From Bugula neritina (Eukaryota > Animalia > Bryozoa): 64,000 nucleotides of DNA. The notes under the pieces are model-generated. The model was not told the DNA's origin. It searched no databases and was given only the letters and a program-made list of their open reading frames with translations. Location: positions 31,247,504 to 31,311,503 of the forward strand of contig OZ037765.1 of NCBI GenBank assembly GCA_964035545.1. Direction: 5' to 3'. The position numbers were made by a program, and so were the translations under genes. Positions 36,760 to 49,650 of the stretch are shown piece after piece; the first letter of the stretch is position 1, and every line of letters begins with the position of its first letter.

Positions 36760-39700
36760 ATGCCTTCTCTTGCTACTAAATGTGAGCCTGTAGTGGCCAC
36801 AGATTCAGCAGACATGTCAAAAACTATAGTGGTAATGATGGAAAAGAAAATTAGAAATTTGGAAAAACGCAAGGTAAGAGTAAGACTCTGACAGTGAGTG
36901 TGACTCAAAGTGAAAGTTTAAGTAAAAAGCGCTGCGACCGTCAGTGTGAATAAATTTCCTTATTTATGTCCTGTGCCTGTTGTAAATAATAAATAAAAAT
37001 CAGTTTTAATTTCAGGTATTTCAATTTGTTAAGCTAAACTAAAAATAAAACTGTAAAAGTAAATTCAAATTCAAATTGAAATTGAGTAAAACTTTAACTT
37101 AAACTAAACGATAAAACTAAAAGTAAAACTAAAAGACAAAACATTTTAAAACTGAAAGTAAATCACTAAAAAGTCAGTAAATGATAGTTCAATTTCATTG
37201 ATAATGTTATGATTATTTTATATAAAAAGTGAGAGTCCTCGGGCTTATGTTCATGTTGATCATGATGATTATTATTTATAATTATTGCATTCACTGCTAG
37301 TGCTAGTTCCACTAGGCTGAAGTGGATAGGACTTTCCTCCAGATGTTATCTATTTTATTATCATTATGATTATCTTTATTATAAATATAAGACTAAGTAA
37401 AATAATAATGAATTGCATTTAAAATTTCTTCAGTTGTCAAACTGAATCTAATAGTAATACTCTGACTACCTTTACTAGAACTATAGAGTTAAACTTGAAG
37501 TTGGTGCAGTCCAAGTCTTAGACTTAGAGTTAGTATCAACATTAAATAAAAGTACTTATAAATTTACCACACAAAATTTAACTCACATTTGTGATTCTAG
37601 CGTTATGATCAAGGTTAGCTGAATAATCCAGTAAATAATTAAGTTTAAAAATAGAAAATGCCTTTGGGAAACTTACATGCAATAACAATACTGGTTGTTA
37701 TATGCTAAGTTCTGACCGTTGGTTAATATATATTAGAATATCCAATAAATTTAATATAACTCTATGTCCATCACAATATTTATTTTACTTCTTCCCACTC
37801 CCAGCATTATAATTATCACATTTGTATCAATTTAAGAAAGACATCAGTATGGTAGGTGGATTTAAATCAACTCAAGTCGAAATTTTTTTAGTTAGGCCTG
37901 ATATTCACATTGATGTGGCTTCAATGTTCAATTTATTTGGCTGGTGACTCATTATGAGAACTGTAAATATGCTCAAAGTTACAGTAGTTGGTACTGTAAT
38001 TAAAGCTACATGTAATTGAACTTGTTATTAATAAATAATTACAAATTGGTATTAACTGGTTACATGTAGAATGTGAAGATCTGTCATTTAGTGACTTGAT
38101 TAGTAATAACCTAATGTACTGTTCTGCTATATTTACTCATACTGGTGTATACTTTATAGTAGTAATGATGCTTTATATATTAATAAAGTTTTACTGGTGT
38201 AATGTGCTATGCTCGTCGATATTTGGCCCCTACATGCTACAGTAGGTGTTTAGATTTCTCCCATTGAAGTTTACCATATCATAGTGTAACTAAATTAATA
38301 CTGAAATAATGGAATAAATCAGTTAAAATAGTGAATCAATGATTTTGGCACTGTATGTATTTATTATATCAAATAGTAATTTTTATGAAGCTGTAAATAT
38401 TCCAACCACATTAATTATTATTTCATATTTACTTGTAACTTATTTTTATCTCTCAATGTTTCAGGGAAAGCTGGAAGATTATCGGAAGAAGCAATCTCAT
38501 GGACAGACCTTGACTGATGAACAGTTGAGTGCGGTGGCAAAGCTAGATGACGTTTTGTCGCAAATTGACTTGCTTCAAGATTTCATAAAGCAATTCAACG
38601 CTTATGCTGCTGACGTAAGTTTTACTCATGCTACTACTTCTGTATGTATTCAATGTAACATGTTGCTAAGTGCATCTCATTATGATCTGATATCACGTCA
38701 GGTGGTCAAGCAGCAAAAGAAGCAGCAGAAAAGAGAGCGTTTTGAGCAAATTGAAAATGAACGGAAACGGATTCTTAGCATCCTGCAGGTACAGACTGTC
38801 TTGAACGCTCTCGGTGAAGAGGAGACCAGAAAGGTATTCACTGAAGGTTCTGGCGGTGCTGTGAAGCTGGAGGAGACGGAATTGAATCACTTGGATGAAC
38901 TCTACAAAATTATTAATCCCGAGCGTGGCGCCGAAGAAAGGTATGAGTTTTATTATATTCTATTTGATGACATCATTTTGCTCTACACTAAAAAGTTTTT
39001 TATATTCATGAGCTGCCTTTGTCCAGGAAATATTAAGATGTAGTTTAATTGTTGGACATCGCGTATGTTTGTAGTCTGGTGGACTCGCTGAAGCCAGCAT
39101 CTGAACATATGCAGTCGTTACTGGATGCCCGAGACAAAGCCGTTTGCGGAACTACTTATCGTGAACTCAACAATCTGATCACAAAAATTCAACACTGCCC
39201 TTTCTTCACCGAGAGGCCCCGATCTCCTGAGACCAAAGAAGTCAAGAGTGAGTTACGTCTTGTGGCCTTTCTCTGGTATTTCTTTCAAATTGCTAGTTTT
39301 TGAGTCTTTAGTAGTGATGAATATATATTTACTGATGTTGATGTTTTATGTGCACTTCATTTTATTTATTAGGGTGGCAAGAAAATTTAAAGTCATACAT
39401 TCTGAGCTTCGTATAAGTGTACTCCACTAGAGCAATTCTGATGTTTCTATATGACATTGGTTATGCATTGTGCTACCATACAAATTAAACCGTGTGGATA
39501 TCACCGCATTTTCTAACTAGTTGAGTATAGAATATATGGCTATGCTTGATGTATATCTTCTCTCTCACACGTGTAGCCAAGTATGTCTGACTGCTTACCT
39601 GATGAACTCTGCTGTTTCACAGACGACGTGGAAGCTGCCACAGAGGACGGATATGTACACATACAAGCCGAGGAGGTGCCCCATGCTGACTCAGCTGAAG

Positions 39701-42174
39701 TACAGTCTGCGCTCCCACCAGAGGTACCACCACCCGCAGAAGCTGAGGAAGCTCACCAACAACCAAACCTTCTTGCTGCTCAGCCCACTGTCAATCAGCC
39801 CAAATCCATAGAGAAGATTGTGGAGAACGTTCAAGGGCAGTTCAACTTCCTCCAGGAGTCTGAACTCGACAGAGACCGTAAGTTTCTCTCTGAGACCGAG
39901 GCGTGTTCAGACTTATCACTGCTAAGCTAACCAGTTATTGAAAGACACTCTGGTGGGCTCGGCAACCATAATTTCACAGTAGCTTCAGTTCATGAAAAAA
40001 GTGTAATTTTTCTGCCTGTCGGTATAGTTTCATATGCTTGTTTCTTCAAAATTCCAGAATTATAATTTTAAAAAAAACTTGAGCAAGCTATTCAGCTACC
40101 AACACACACTAGTCACTTGTTAGAATAGCCCCATACACAGTATCAGCCTAAGCCCTAAAATGTAATGATGAAAGACTAAATGATTCTAATGTTCCTGTAC
40201 TTGTTTTGTAAATTCTGCTCTTAGAATGTCAAACTCCTAGATATATGCTATTTATGATCAGGTCTGAATGCTGTCTATCATATAGACTAATACACTGATT
40301 GTAGCAGCTCACTCGGATCCAGCTGTCCTAGCAGTCCACTCCCTTCCAGCTCAACCCTTCCCTCAGCCCATCATGAACCACAGCCAACCACCAGCAGGTT
40401 AGTACGTCTCTTTGTTCTCACTCTACCTTCTGCACAGTTGAACGTTCTTTCACAGTTGACTGGTAATCCCAGCAAATGATTTAGACATAATATGTTTGCA
40501 TTACAGGATATGGAGAGAATAATATGATAGCTATGATGGTGATAGGTCAGTTTAGTGTGCAGTTGTTAGTGTTGTGTGATTTGTGTGGTCAGTCACTGTT
40601 TAAGTTTCTTATCCACCACTCTATGTGTTAGCATTTACTATTACGTTTACTATAGCCACACATTCCCCAGGGTGCACACAGTGCAGTATACTGGTAGACT
40701 CCCTAATAAATAGTACACCAACATGTTTATATTATGAATCTTTTTTGAGGTCAACGATTCCTCCACAATATGCCACTCACTGCCTGTATTGCTAGTTTTC
40801 TCTGCCTTGCACTGGTCGTTCATCTCCACTGTGTAAATACTGTGTTTCCACTTTCATGTGCCTTTCCTGTGTATTAAATGCATGGCCTTTGCCTTTTGTT
40901 ATATTGCGTCTCTTACTAAGGAGTTGCCCCTCCATACTGCTTGTGTTGCTACTTTGTACCTGTAGTTCCCATTTAATCTGACATTGCAGTCCAGGGCAAT
41001 TTGCAGAACCTATTAAAAATAAATTTTTTAATTTGATGTGGCAGAAATGCAGACTTTCTCTACGGAGGCAGAAGTGAGGCAGTTCGAAACCTTCCAAGGC
41101 TTGTTTTTTAATTGCTTTCAACTAGTCTCACTTGCCAACCATCCACACATATGCTACAATATTGACATTCCTGTACTTACCTGTGTTGTAGAGAACTCCG
41201 GCTATATTCCACCACCTGCCCAGGTAGCTGACAGCGCGTACCAACACTACAGTATTCAGTCAAACCCAAGCTCCACCCCTCACCCTATTCCCATGCCAAA
41301 TGAAACTCCTGTCCAGCAATCAAGTCAATCAGTCTTCTCCGCTCAACCAGAACACAACTTTGATGGCGGCCGTACGTTTGAGTCATCGAGCTACAAGCAG
41401 CAGGACAAATCCTCTGCACCCGGTGACGGTGAGTTACTTCCCTCCTGCCCTGTCTTTACTCTTTAGTGTGCGAGTCTAGTTTCTGTTTCGTGCTGACTAG
41501 TTACCAACTCTGTAATAAACACCACCATTGCCTTTTCTGAAGATGGCCCTTATCATGATGCTATTATAAATATCATACTGCTATAACCATGTGTTGCTGA
41601 ATTGTATTACTATGCCATCCACTGATGAGGCAAAAACTGGCATTGCCTAAACTTTTGACTGAATCACATTCTCAACTATGGCAGACGGAGCAGGGCATAC
41701 AGGTAGCCAGGTGTCATGTCTGTCTATCTGTTTAGACGTGCACCAGAGAGGCCAAGGGCAGATGAGAAGAGGTGGTGGCGGAGGAGGTTACCGCGGTATG
41801 CGAGGAAATCACAGTAATGGATATGGTGGCCGTGGGGGGTACCGAGGTGGCCCTTCTGACCGACCCGGTGGTGGATATCGTGGAGACAGATCCTCTGGGA
41901 GTGACAGGCCAAGACAGGGTTCACCCTCTAGAAACAATGGATTCTCCGGGGATCAAAGGAGGGGCGGCAGAGGCGGGCCCCGAGGTGGTAACAATGGTGA
42001 GTGGGCCTCAGTCTAAAGTAATGCACATTGAGCTCCTCTTTTTCTCGTTGATGGACAAGTTCTGATACAATGCTCTGGTTTGTAGGCTATCGAGGATCTG
42101 GCAGAGGGAATCGAGGCGGTAATAGAGGCGGCTTCAGGGGAGGCAACCAACAACACATGCAGCACCAGCAATAG
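36760..42174 (+). CDS. CAPRIN1: Caprin (stress-granule RNA-binding protein)
   Basis: Exons 36760-36873, 38465-38614, 38702-38940, 39075-39247, 39623-39877, 40305-40397, 41192-41428, 41736-41996, 42086-42174. HR1 EKKIRNLEKRKGKLEDY, G3BP-binding FNFLQESELD, DPAV motif, C-terminal RGG boxes. Confidence 0.93.
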
Positions 42175-44204
42175 TCGTGTTCCTTTATTCATGCAGACTA
42201 GTTTCTGACATTCCTGTTGTTACACTTTCACTTACCTCATTGACATTGTGATGTAATCACCAGAAAGTATTGGCTAATACAGCCCTCAGTTTCCTGACAT
42301 AGGAAGGTTCTTTTCAACAAGCAACAAAGTCTTAGTGTGTACAACTGGTGACAGTTGACACACATGTTTATGTGATCAAATATGTACATTAAGTCATCTC
42401 TAGCCCTCATAAATGTCATTGTAATGTATGTAAAATAACTGCTCTGTAAACAATTACTCCTATCCATATTTACTGATTTTCAGTACCAATTTTTTTTGAT
42501 CACAATAAATTAAAAAAATTGTAAACTGTAAGCCGTGTTGACTTGAGAGCATTAGGTGTGATATGGAGGCACGCCTGTGTTTGTCAATGTTCGGTTCAGT
42601 ATCTCCTTTACCAGGTCTTTTGAGTGGGACTTTTTCATCAGGTTAGGTCAACACATGTACACCACAATGCTGCTCCCACAGGTCGCTGGACGGAGATGTC
42701 ACTATTTTACGCCCAAAATTTGTGCTGAATACCTCTAACTGGAAAACAAATTGCCACAGCCTAAAAAATTTAAAGGTGAAAGTTGTTAGCTGCTATTTTA
42801 TTACTATAACAACTGCTCTTATATTATTATACTATGCAAGTGTCGTGTTTCCTGAATTGTAGTAGACAAGATCACTGGTCTGGAAGTATATTCTCTACTT
42901 AGCACAGTTTCACTTCACTTTCAAGGGTTCACATCCTTGTCATGTGAATTATATTTTCTACTACTAAACCAACATAACTCCATGTATAGACATTTTTCCA
43001 TAAACTGATTCTTGTAATATAATTAGTATGGGTATTCCTATGTTAATTATGTTCTGCACTAGGTGGCAACTAGGGCTGGCCCTGTCCAAAATCTCAAATA
43101 GCGGGTGTTTGCTGGGAAAGAACACAACTGTACGAGCATGAGCTAATCGTATAAACTATAAACTCACAATACTACCACATGGTGTGTATGTAATAAGTTT
43201 CATGCACTTTAATATGAATTGATCATTTAGAAAGTCTAACTTGTGCGAAAGGGACTGAATTGAACAGCATGTAAGCCTACATCTCAAGTTGATACTGGCG
43301 CGGCTCATAAAAGCCTCTGAAATCTAATTGTTACTTGTTGACTGCTAATTGATAAATAGGATAATATTTGACATTATAGACCCATTGAAGCCATAGCATA
43401 GCAGCTTGGTTTGTAAACATGTTGCTATCACGACGTTGGGTCTCAATCAGAACATTATACTTATAGTTAAGCGAATAATAACCTATTTTATTGCTTGATA
43501 ATCTTTTGTTCATTGTCTTGCTGTGTGTTTTGTGTCACCTAATATAATTATTTATAACATCAACAATACGCTCCAGCGTGGCTTTACGGTGTAGCCATGC
43601 AGGCTACATGCACACTATTTTGTTACCTTTTGTAAGCATTCTTTTAGAGAAATATAGCAAATGAATGCCATTCTGAGAGCACTACCTTCACGGTATTGTT
43701 CTAAATTTGTTATTTAATAAAATATTACATAGCAGCAAATTCTACCCGGTGCCTAGGTGGACCCATTTATCTTCCACAACTCTCAAGGTAAAGTTAAAAT
43801 GCATCTTTTATCAATTATTTAGATTCAACCCTAGTAACTGCTGTTCTTAGTATGTAGTAATAGAATTGCTATTAATTATTGTTGGGAGCAATTTGCCTGA
43901 AAGTACAGGTATCTTTCTAGTTTATATATATTACGTTCAGTGTAACATTCTATTGAGCCATGGAGAACATCATAGTTTGTACTTATTTTGTTTGTAGTTT
44001 ATATCATTTAGGTGCAGTAGAAGAGAAATTGACAAAACCTAAGTTCTTTAAATTTCTTTATAGATTTTGGTTTGGGACGCGGGTTGACATTTTTGTGAGA
44101 ACATAATTTCTTTTGCTACATTTCTAATCTAGAACACAGGCTTTTCTCTATTACTGCACCTACCTATTTTATATTATGTTTAGTGTAACATATTCTGTTT
44201 AGCA

Positions 44205-47200
44205 ATGGAGAACATTATGCTGCCGGGCAGCGAAAGCGTCAGCATGGAGGAGAGTGGAGTAAACCTCAATTCCCCTTCGATTATTGACGATGAGTTGATG
44301 ACGGCACTTGACGCTCTTGAAGGTCACGCTGACGACACCATTCAGGCATCGAGGAGCTCGGAGCTGTACTGGATTAAAACTGTGAATGAGAGAGATGAGC
44401 TCATTCTAGAGAACAGACAGACAATCGCGGAGTTGCAGAGTTTGAATGAGTCACTAAGTAAGGAGAACAGGGAGCTGAGAGGACAACTGCTGATGAACAA
44501 CCAAGGTGACATAGTCGGTGCTCTACAAGAAGATGCCGGGGAAAGTCGTAAACTTTCACTTCATGTAAGCATCGCCATGATGTGTATTTTCATTATAACT
44601 AGAGTATATGGTAATAGTAAATGTATATCAGAGCTTTAGATATAGTATAATGACACTAATTTCTATAGTAGTACTTTTCTAACTCAAGACATGCAGAAAA
44701 TTGACTTCAGCAACCTGAAATTAAAAAGTTATCAATATTTATTGGTAGTTAATCTATATATAAAACTTTTTAAAATGCTGATTTTACTAAGGAATCTGTG
44801 CCCTCTATGAAAATGCATGTTTTTCCAATCCTTGACTGAGTAGAAGATGTTTAGTCTACTTATTTTCTACCTCTGCAAGATCATCTTGAATGGAATCACA
44901 TATTAAATAGTACAGTTCAAATTGCATGGTTATGAAGCAACAACATACAGTGTATATACAATGTATTTAGTTAGCATTTTAAGTTAATATTTTGTTTGGT
45001 AAATTTTTATTTTCAGCTACAAGATGAGCTGGCCGAGTTACAAATGAATGTAGTTGCCAGGTTGAAAGACCAGATAAAGGCATTGCAAGGAAATTTGGTC
45101 AAATGCGGTCAAAATTATTCAGATTTGTTCAGTCGATTGCGTCAAGAGCGGCTAAGAGTGAACCCAAATATCCTGGAGATATGTGAAGAGCTGTTCAATT
45201 CGAAAAGAGAAGCTCGTACCAACCAAGAGCAGCTCAGATATAAGCAGCAGATAAGCGAACTGTGTGAGCTGTACGACACAGTCATAGATGGAGCTTGTCA
45301 AGAGTGTGAGGAGTATCTCCATAGCATTGAGAGACTGGAGTTGGAGAACAAGAACACTCGGTCGCCACCGAAGAGCCGCCCCAACATGGCCACTGATGAG
45401 TACTACATGGAGATGCTCCACTCCTCTGAGCAGTCCAACAGAGAACTTTGTGTACAGATTGAACAACTGCAAAAGGAAATGAACTCCAGAGAGCAAAGGT
45501 CGTTTAATGAAACCATGTCCAGAATTGAAAATACCAATCGAGAGCAAACTGAAAAGATGAAAATTCAAATTTCCAAACTATCACAAGAGTTATCTCTTCT
45601 AAATGTTGACAATCGTGCTCTCAGGGAAAAGATTCTTCGAACCGAAAATGACAATGAAAGTTTGATAAAACAAGTAAGTAACTCTACAGTTGTTAGTGAA
45701 GAGCTCAAAGCCCTACAGTCTAATCTTGACAACCAACTGTCTTTGAATCACAATCTAGAACTCAAAGTCCGTGAACTAGAGTTGATTCGAATGGAGCATA
45801 GTACATCTTGTGAGGCCATGAAGAGAGACTACACAGATTTGACCGAAAAGTTATTAGCATATGAAAACGAACTTCGTAACTTGCATAAAAAATTCAGCGA
45901 ATCACAAGAATTGCAGTACAAGTTTGACCAGATGAATTCACACCTCAATGAATCGATGATGCGAATTCAAACCGAAAACAATGTATTAGTCCAGGAAGTG
46001 TCAAGCGCTAGAAAAGAAGTAAGCCTGGCACACGTGGTAAGCGAGCAAGAAGCACGAAAGCAGTCTGAACATGAGGAGACAATTCTGCGTATGAAAGAAA
46101 TGGAATTAGCCCACCAGACTGAAATAAGAGAGCTGACTTCTAAACTTGAGTCTGCGGAGAAGCAACATAAAACTGCCAACTCGAAAGTCAAAGCATTGCG
46201 AGATCGTTTGAAAACAATGCAGGAGTCATGGCAGAAAGTTTCAACTAACACCGAGTCTTCTTTCACTGCCCTCCGCGATCAGTACCAGCAGCAGATTAAA
46301 GAATATAAATCTATCATTGACTCGCTGAAGTCACAGAACTCTTCACTAGGTTCGAGAATTGAGTCGCTGAAAAAGGTATCAGTTCAGAATAACAGTAGCC
46401 AAGTTGCTAATTTAGAGCAGCAGGTACGTACCACTAGCAGTCTTGTGATCATAATAATGTATCCAAATAGTGTCTGGTTGTATTGTTTGATATAAAAAGG
46501 AGGTAGCTTCATGGAAAGTTGGAATTTTCAAGTCTGCAAGCAATAAATTTTAAAACAGAGAGTAGATAACTCTGTGTTTGTTTCAAGCATAATATTATGT
46601 TGAGATGAGTAGAACCTTGCGGTATTTTAAGAAAATGTGATTGTCTTTAAAAGATATAATCATTATATCAATTTTCACAGCAAGACTTTTTTATTGTTTA
46701 TCCTTTAAATGCTTTTAAACTGCATAAACATTATTTTATTTACTTTGAGTTTTAAATTATCGCAGATGTTTGCTTAGTTCATAATCTTAATTTTCTAAGT
46801 GTTTGAAATGATGCTGTCATTTTATGCAGTAAATGTTTTTGTATGAAACTTTTTTTTCAGCTTGTAAGCATGCTATCCTGTGTTTTTAATTTATTGACAG
46901 ATTTCGGAATACAAGAGTATTATGGATGGCTATAGGGAAGAGAATATATTACTGCGCAAGGAGCTTAGTCTAATAATTGCAAGCATTCAAGTAAGTCAAT
47001 AGAAGACTAGTCAGTGTGATTGCATAACTCCCATTATGTTAACTCTTGATCATTTAAAAGGGAAAGTTCTGCATAATGAAAGATTAATTTTTTGTTTACT
47101 CATTATAGTTAATAAACATTATATTTTATTGGTGATTTATCAACATTTTTTTTATTGAAATGTCATTTTTTGGTAGCCTGTGCTGTGAGTCTAAAAATTT

Positions 47201-48973
47201 TACTCCCCCAACACCAAATTTCTGAGGTTTTATTTCTGCAACAAGTATAGTTCTAAGTTGCTGTTTCCTGTATTTAAGATGGTGGTTTTGAGATTTAATG
47301 TAGAAACAGCTGTTCACATGTATGAGGTTATTGTCTGCTGTTTTAGGATGATGACAAAGCAATGGCGTCGCGTGACCCCAAACCAGATGAGTTTGCAAGA
47401 CTTAAAGACATTCTAGATACAGCAAAATCAGAATGTCAAAGCTTGCAGCTTCACAAAACTTCCCACAGTATAAGAGCGAAACCAGCCAATGGGGCCTCTA
47501 CAAAGAATGAGTCAGCATCTTCCAATAAATACAACTCATCTGGTTTAGAATCAGACAGCGATCGGAAAATGCCTGCTGCCAGAGAAGCTGGTAGAACAAG
47601 TTACGCTGCCGATAAACCCTGGAGTCGCTATAGAGCTGCGCAAGTAAATAAATCCAAATGTTTAGAGCCTCTTGCGGTCAGCACTCCGCGCTCAACCAAA
47701 GAGGATAGCCTTAGCTCTCATAGAATATCTCTACCAGTTGTTGAAACTAAGCCACCTGAGATTAGTATGTCCACGTTGGATAGAACTCCACTACGACAAG
47801 CGCCATCTAGACAAGATCTTGCATCAAGATATTCTTCTGGACAACCTGGAGGAAGGTCTAGTTTGGACAACCCGAGTAACCTGAGATATGAGAAACTTTC
47901 AATTAGCAAGTCTGCTGCATCAACAGCATTGGCAGCCGACATTTCAAAAGTTTCTACAGATGCTGCAGATAGTAGAAACAAACCAGCAATAAGAAAGGAG
48001 GTTATTGAAATAAAGCATCGAAACTCTGCTGATTTAGACCCTAGCAAAGCTTTTAAACCAATAAATCCTGACAGCGGCCCATCTACAGTCAGAGACAGTG
48101 GCAAGTATCAGCCTATTTCTCCATACAAGTCTTCCGCGTACAGAGATCTGAGTTCCCAGTCATTAGGTTACAGGAGTACGGCTGACAGGCAACCTTATAC
48201 AGCGTATAGTAGGTCTTACCACACTAGGCCTGGCATCACATCCTATGAGCCTTCAAGTTACAAGTCCAAATACACCGGCCGCCATGAGTCCAAAGTAGCA
48301 GCTGACTACAAGAATATCTCTACCGACAGCGCTTATGGCTCACCTTCACGATCTTTCTCTAAAATTTCGTCTGTGTCAAGTTACACAAATCCTTATAAAA
48401 AGGATTACAATCTCTATACAGCACCATTTACTTACAGCAAATCCATGCCAAGGAATGACAATTCCTTATCCGAGGTACCGCCGCTCTTTTCCAGCCGCCA
48501 TCTTATAACAGCTTGAGTGTGAGTGAAAATATTAAACAGTATTCATGCTGTGTGATAACCAGCTAGTGAATGATTTGTTTAACATTGACTGTTTGAATCT
48601 TATAGTAAATCTCATCACCTTCTTTTCTATTCGTATTTATTGTCTATCCCATTATTGTTTCTAGCAATTGAAATATGAGAGCAAACAGACTGAAGTCTTG
48701 AACAGAACTCTGGACAATTTAGAAATCTCTATGGACAGTTACTCATCTGTCACTCGGGCAGACAAGCACATGTTAGATGTTGTCACAGAACCCACCTCTT
48801 CCAGATATGTGGCGCCATATGTGGCTTCTCGGACCTCTACTGATTTGAATTTCTCAACTAATCTAAATAAAACTACACAGTGTATTGCATCAGCTGTAGG
48901 CTCAAGTCATAAGATCGCAACTCCCCACACCTTTACATTTCATGGCAGTGTTGTATATGATTCTATATATTGA
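44205..48973 (+). CDS. Uncharacterised long coiled-coil protein with Ser-rich disordered C-terminus
   Basis: Exons 44205-44564, 45017-46423, 46901-46990, 47347-48474, 48665-48973, all joined in phase 0. About 600 aa of E/Q/K/L heptad-rich sequence, then an S/R/Y-rich region. No family recognised. Confidence 0.8.
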
Positions 48974-49650
48974 CACAATTACCACTGCCTTGTAGTTGCT
49001 CCATGACATTTTAGAAAAAATATTTTTAAACACTTATCTTTTTGACACAATTGTTGCTTTTACTGATAGTTTTGAAATAGTTTTGTTCAATTCACAGCAT
49101 GACATGTTTTATTGTTTATCATGACAAAGCAGGACAGTAACTTTTTAAATATTTTTATTGTTTTTTATATGTACATCCTAAAATAAATTACAACACGAAA
49201 TACTGTAACGTCTATTCAATGTGTGTTTAGAGTATGCAGGTTACTACACTATTCTAAAATGTTTTCTCTTACAACATATTTAAATTTAAAAGTTGTATAC
49301 AAAAACTAATACTTAATTTGATACATCAACGAGCATCGATATTCATAATCTTATGAAGTGTGTAAATTGCACAGGATTTAAATTGTAGCCTAAGCATTTT
49401 TCTGCTTACTTGACAATTTTTAAAAAAGTACCATCAGCACGTAATATAATATGTTTTCTGATGCGATTATTAAAACGAAATGTTTTTGAAGAATGTATAG
49501 ACTTACGAAACAACATCAAACAAAGCACTACACCACAACATATATTTTAGCTATGCACTGTGTATCTTCATTGATCTTTGTTAATCGAGATAGCCTTGAG
49601 CTAAATGCAGCTTTCAGTACAGTTCTAGCACCATCTATACCAACTCAGCG

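Noticed and set aside
42540-43520. Slightly GC-richer, exon-like segments between Caprin and the coiled-coil gene, including a TGT-TGA (Cys-Sec-like) on the minus strand
   Set aside because: No consistent spliced ORF, homology or SECIS element could be identified.
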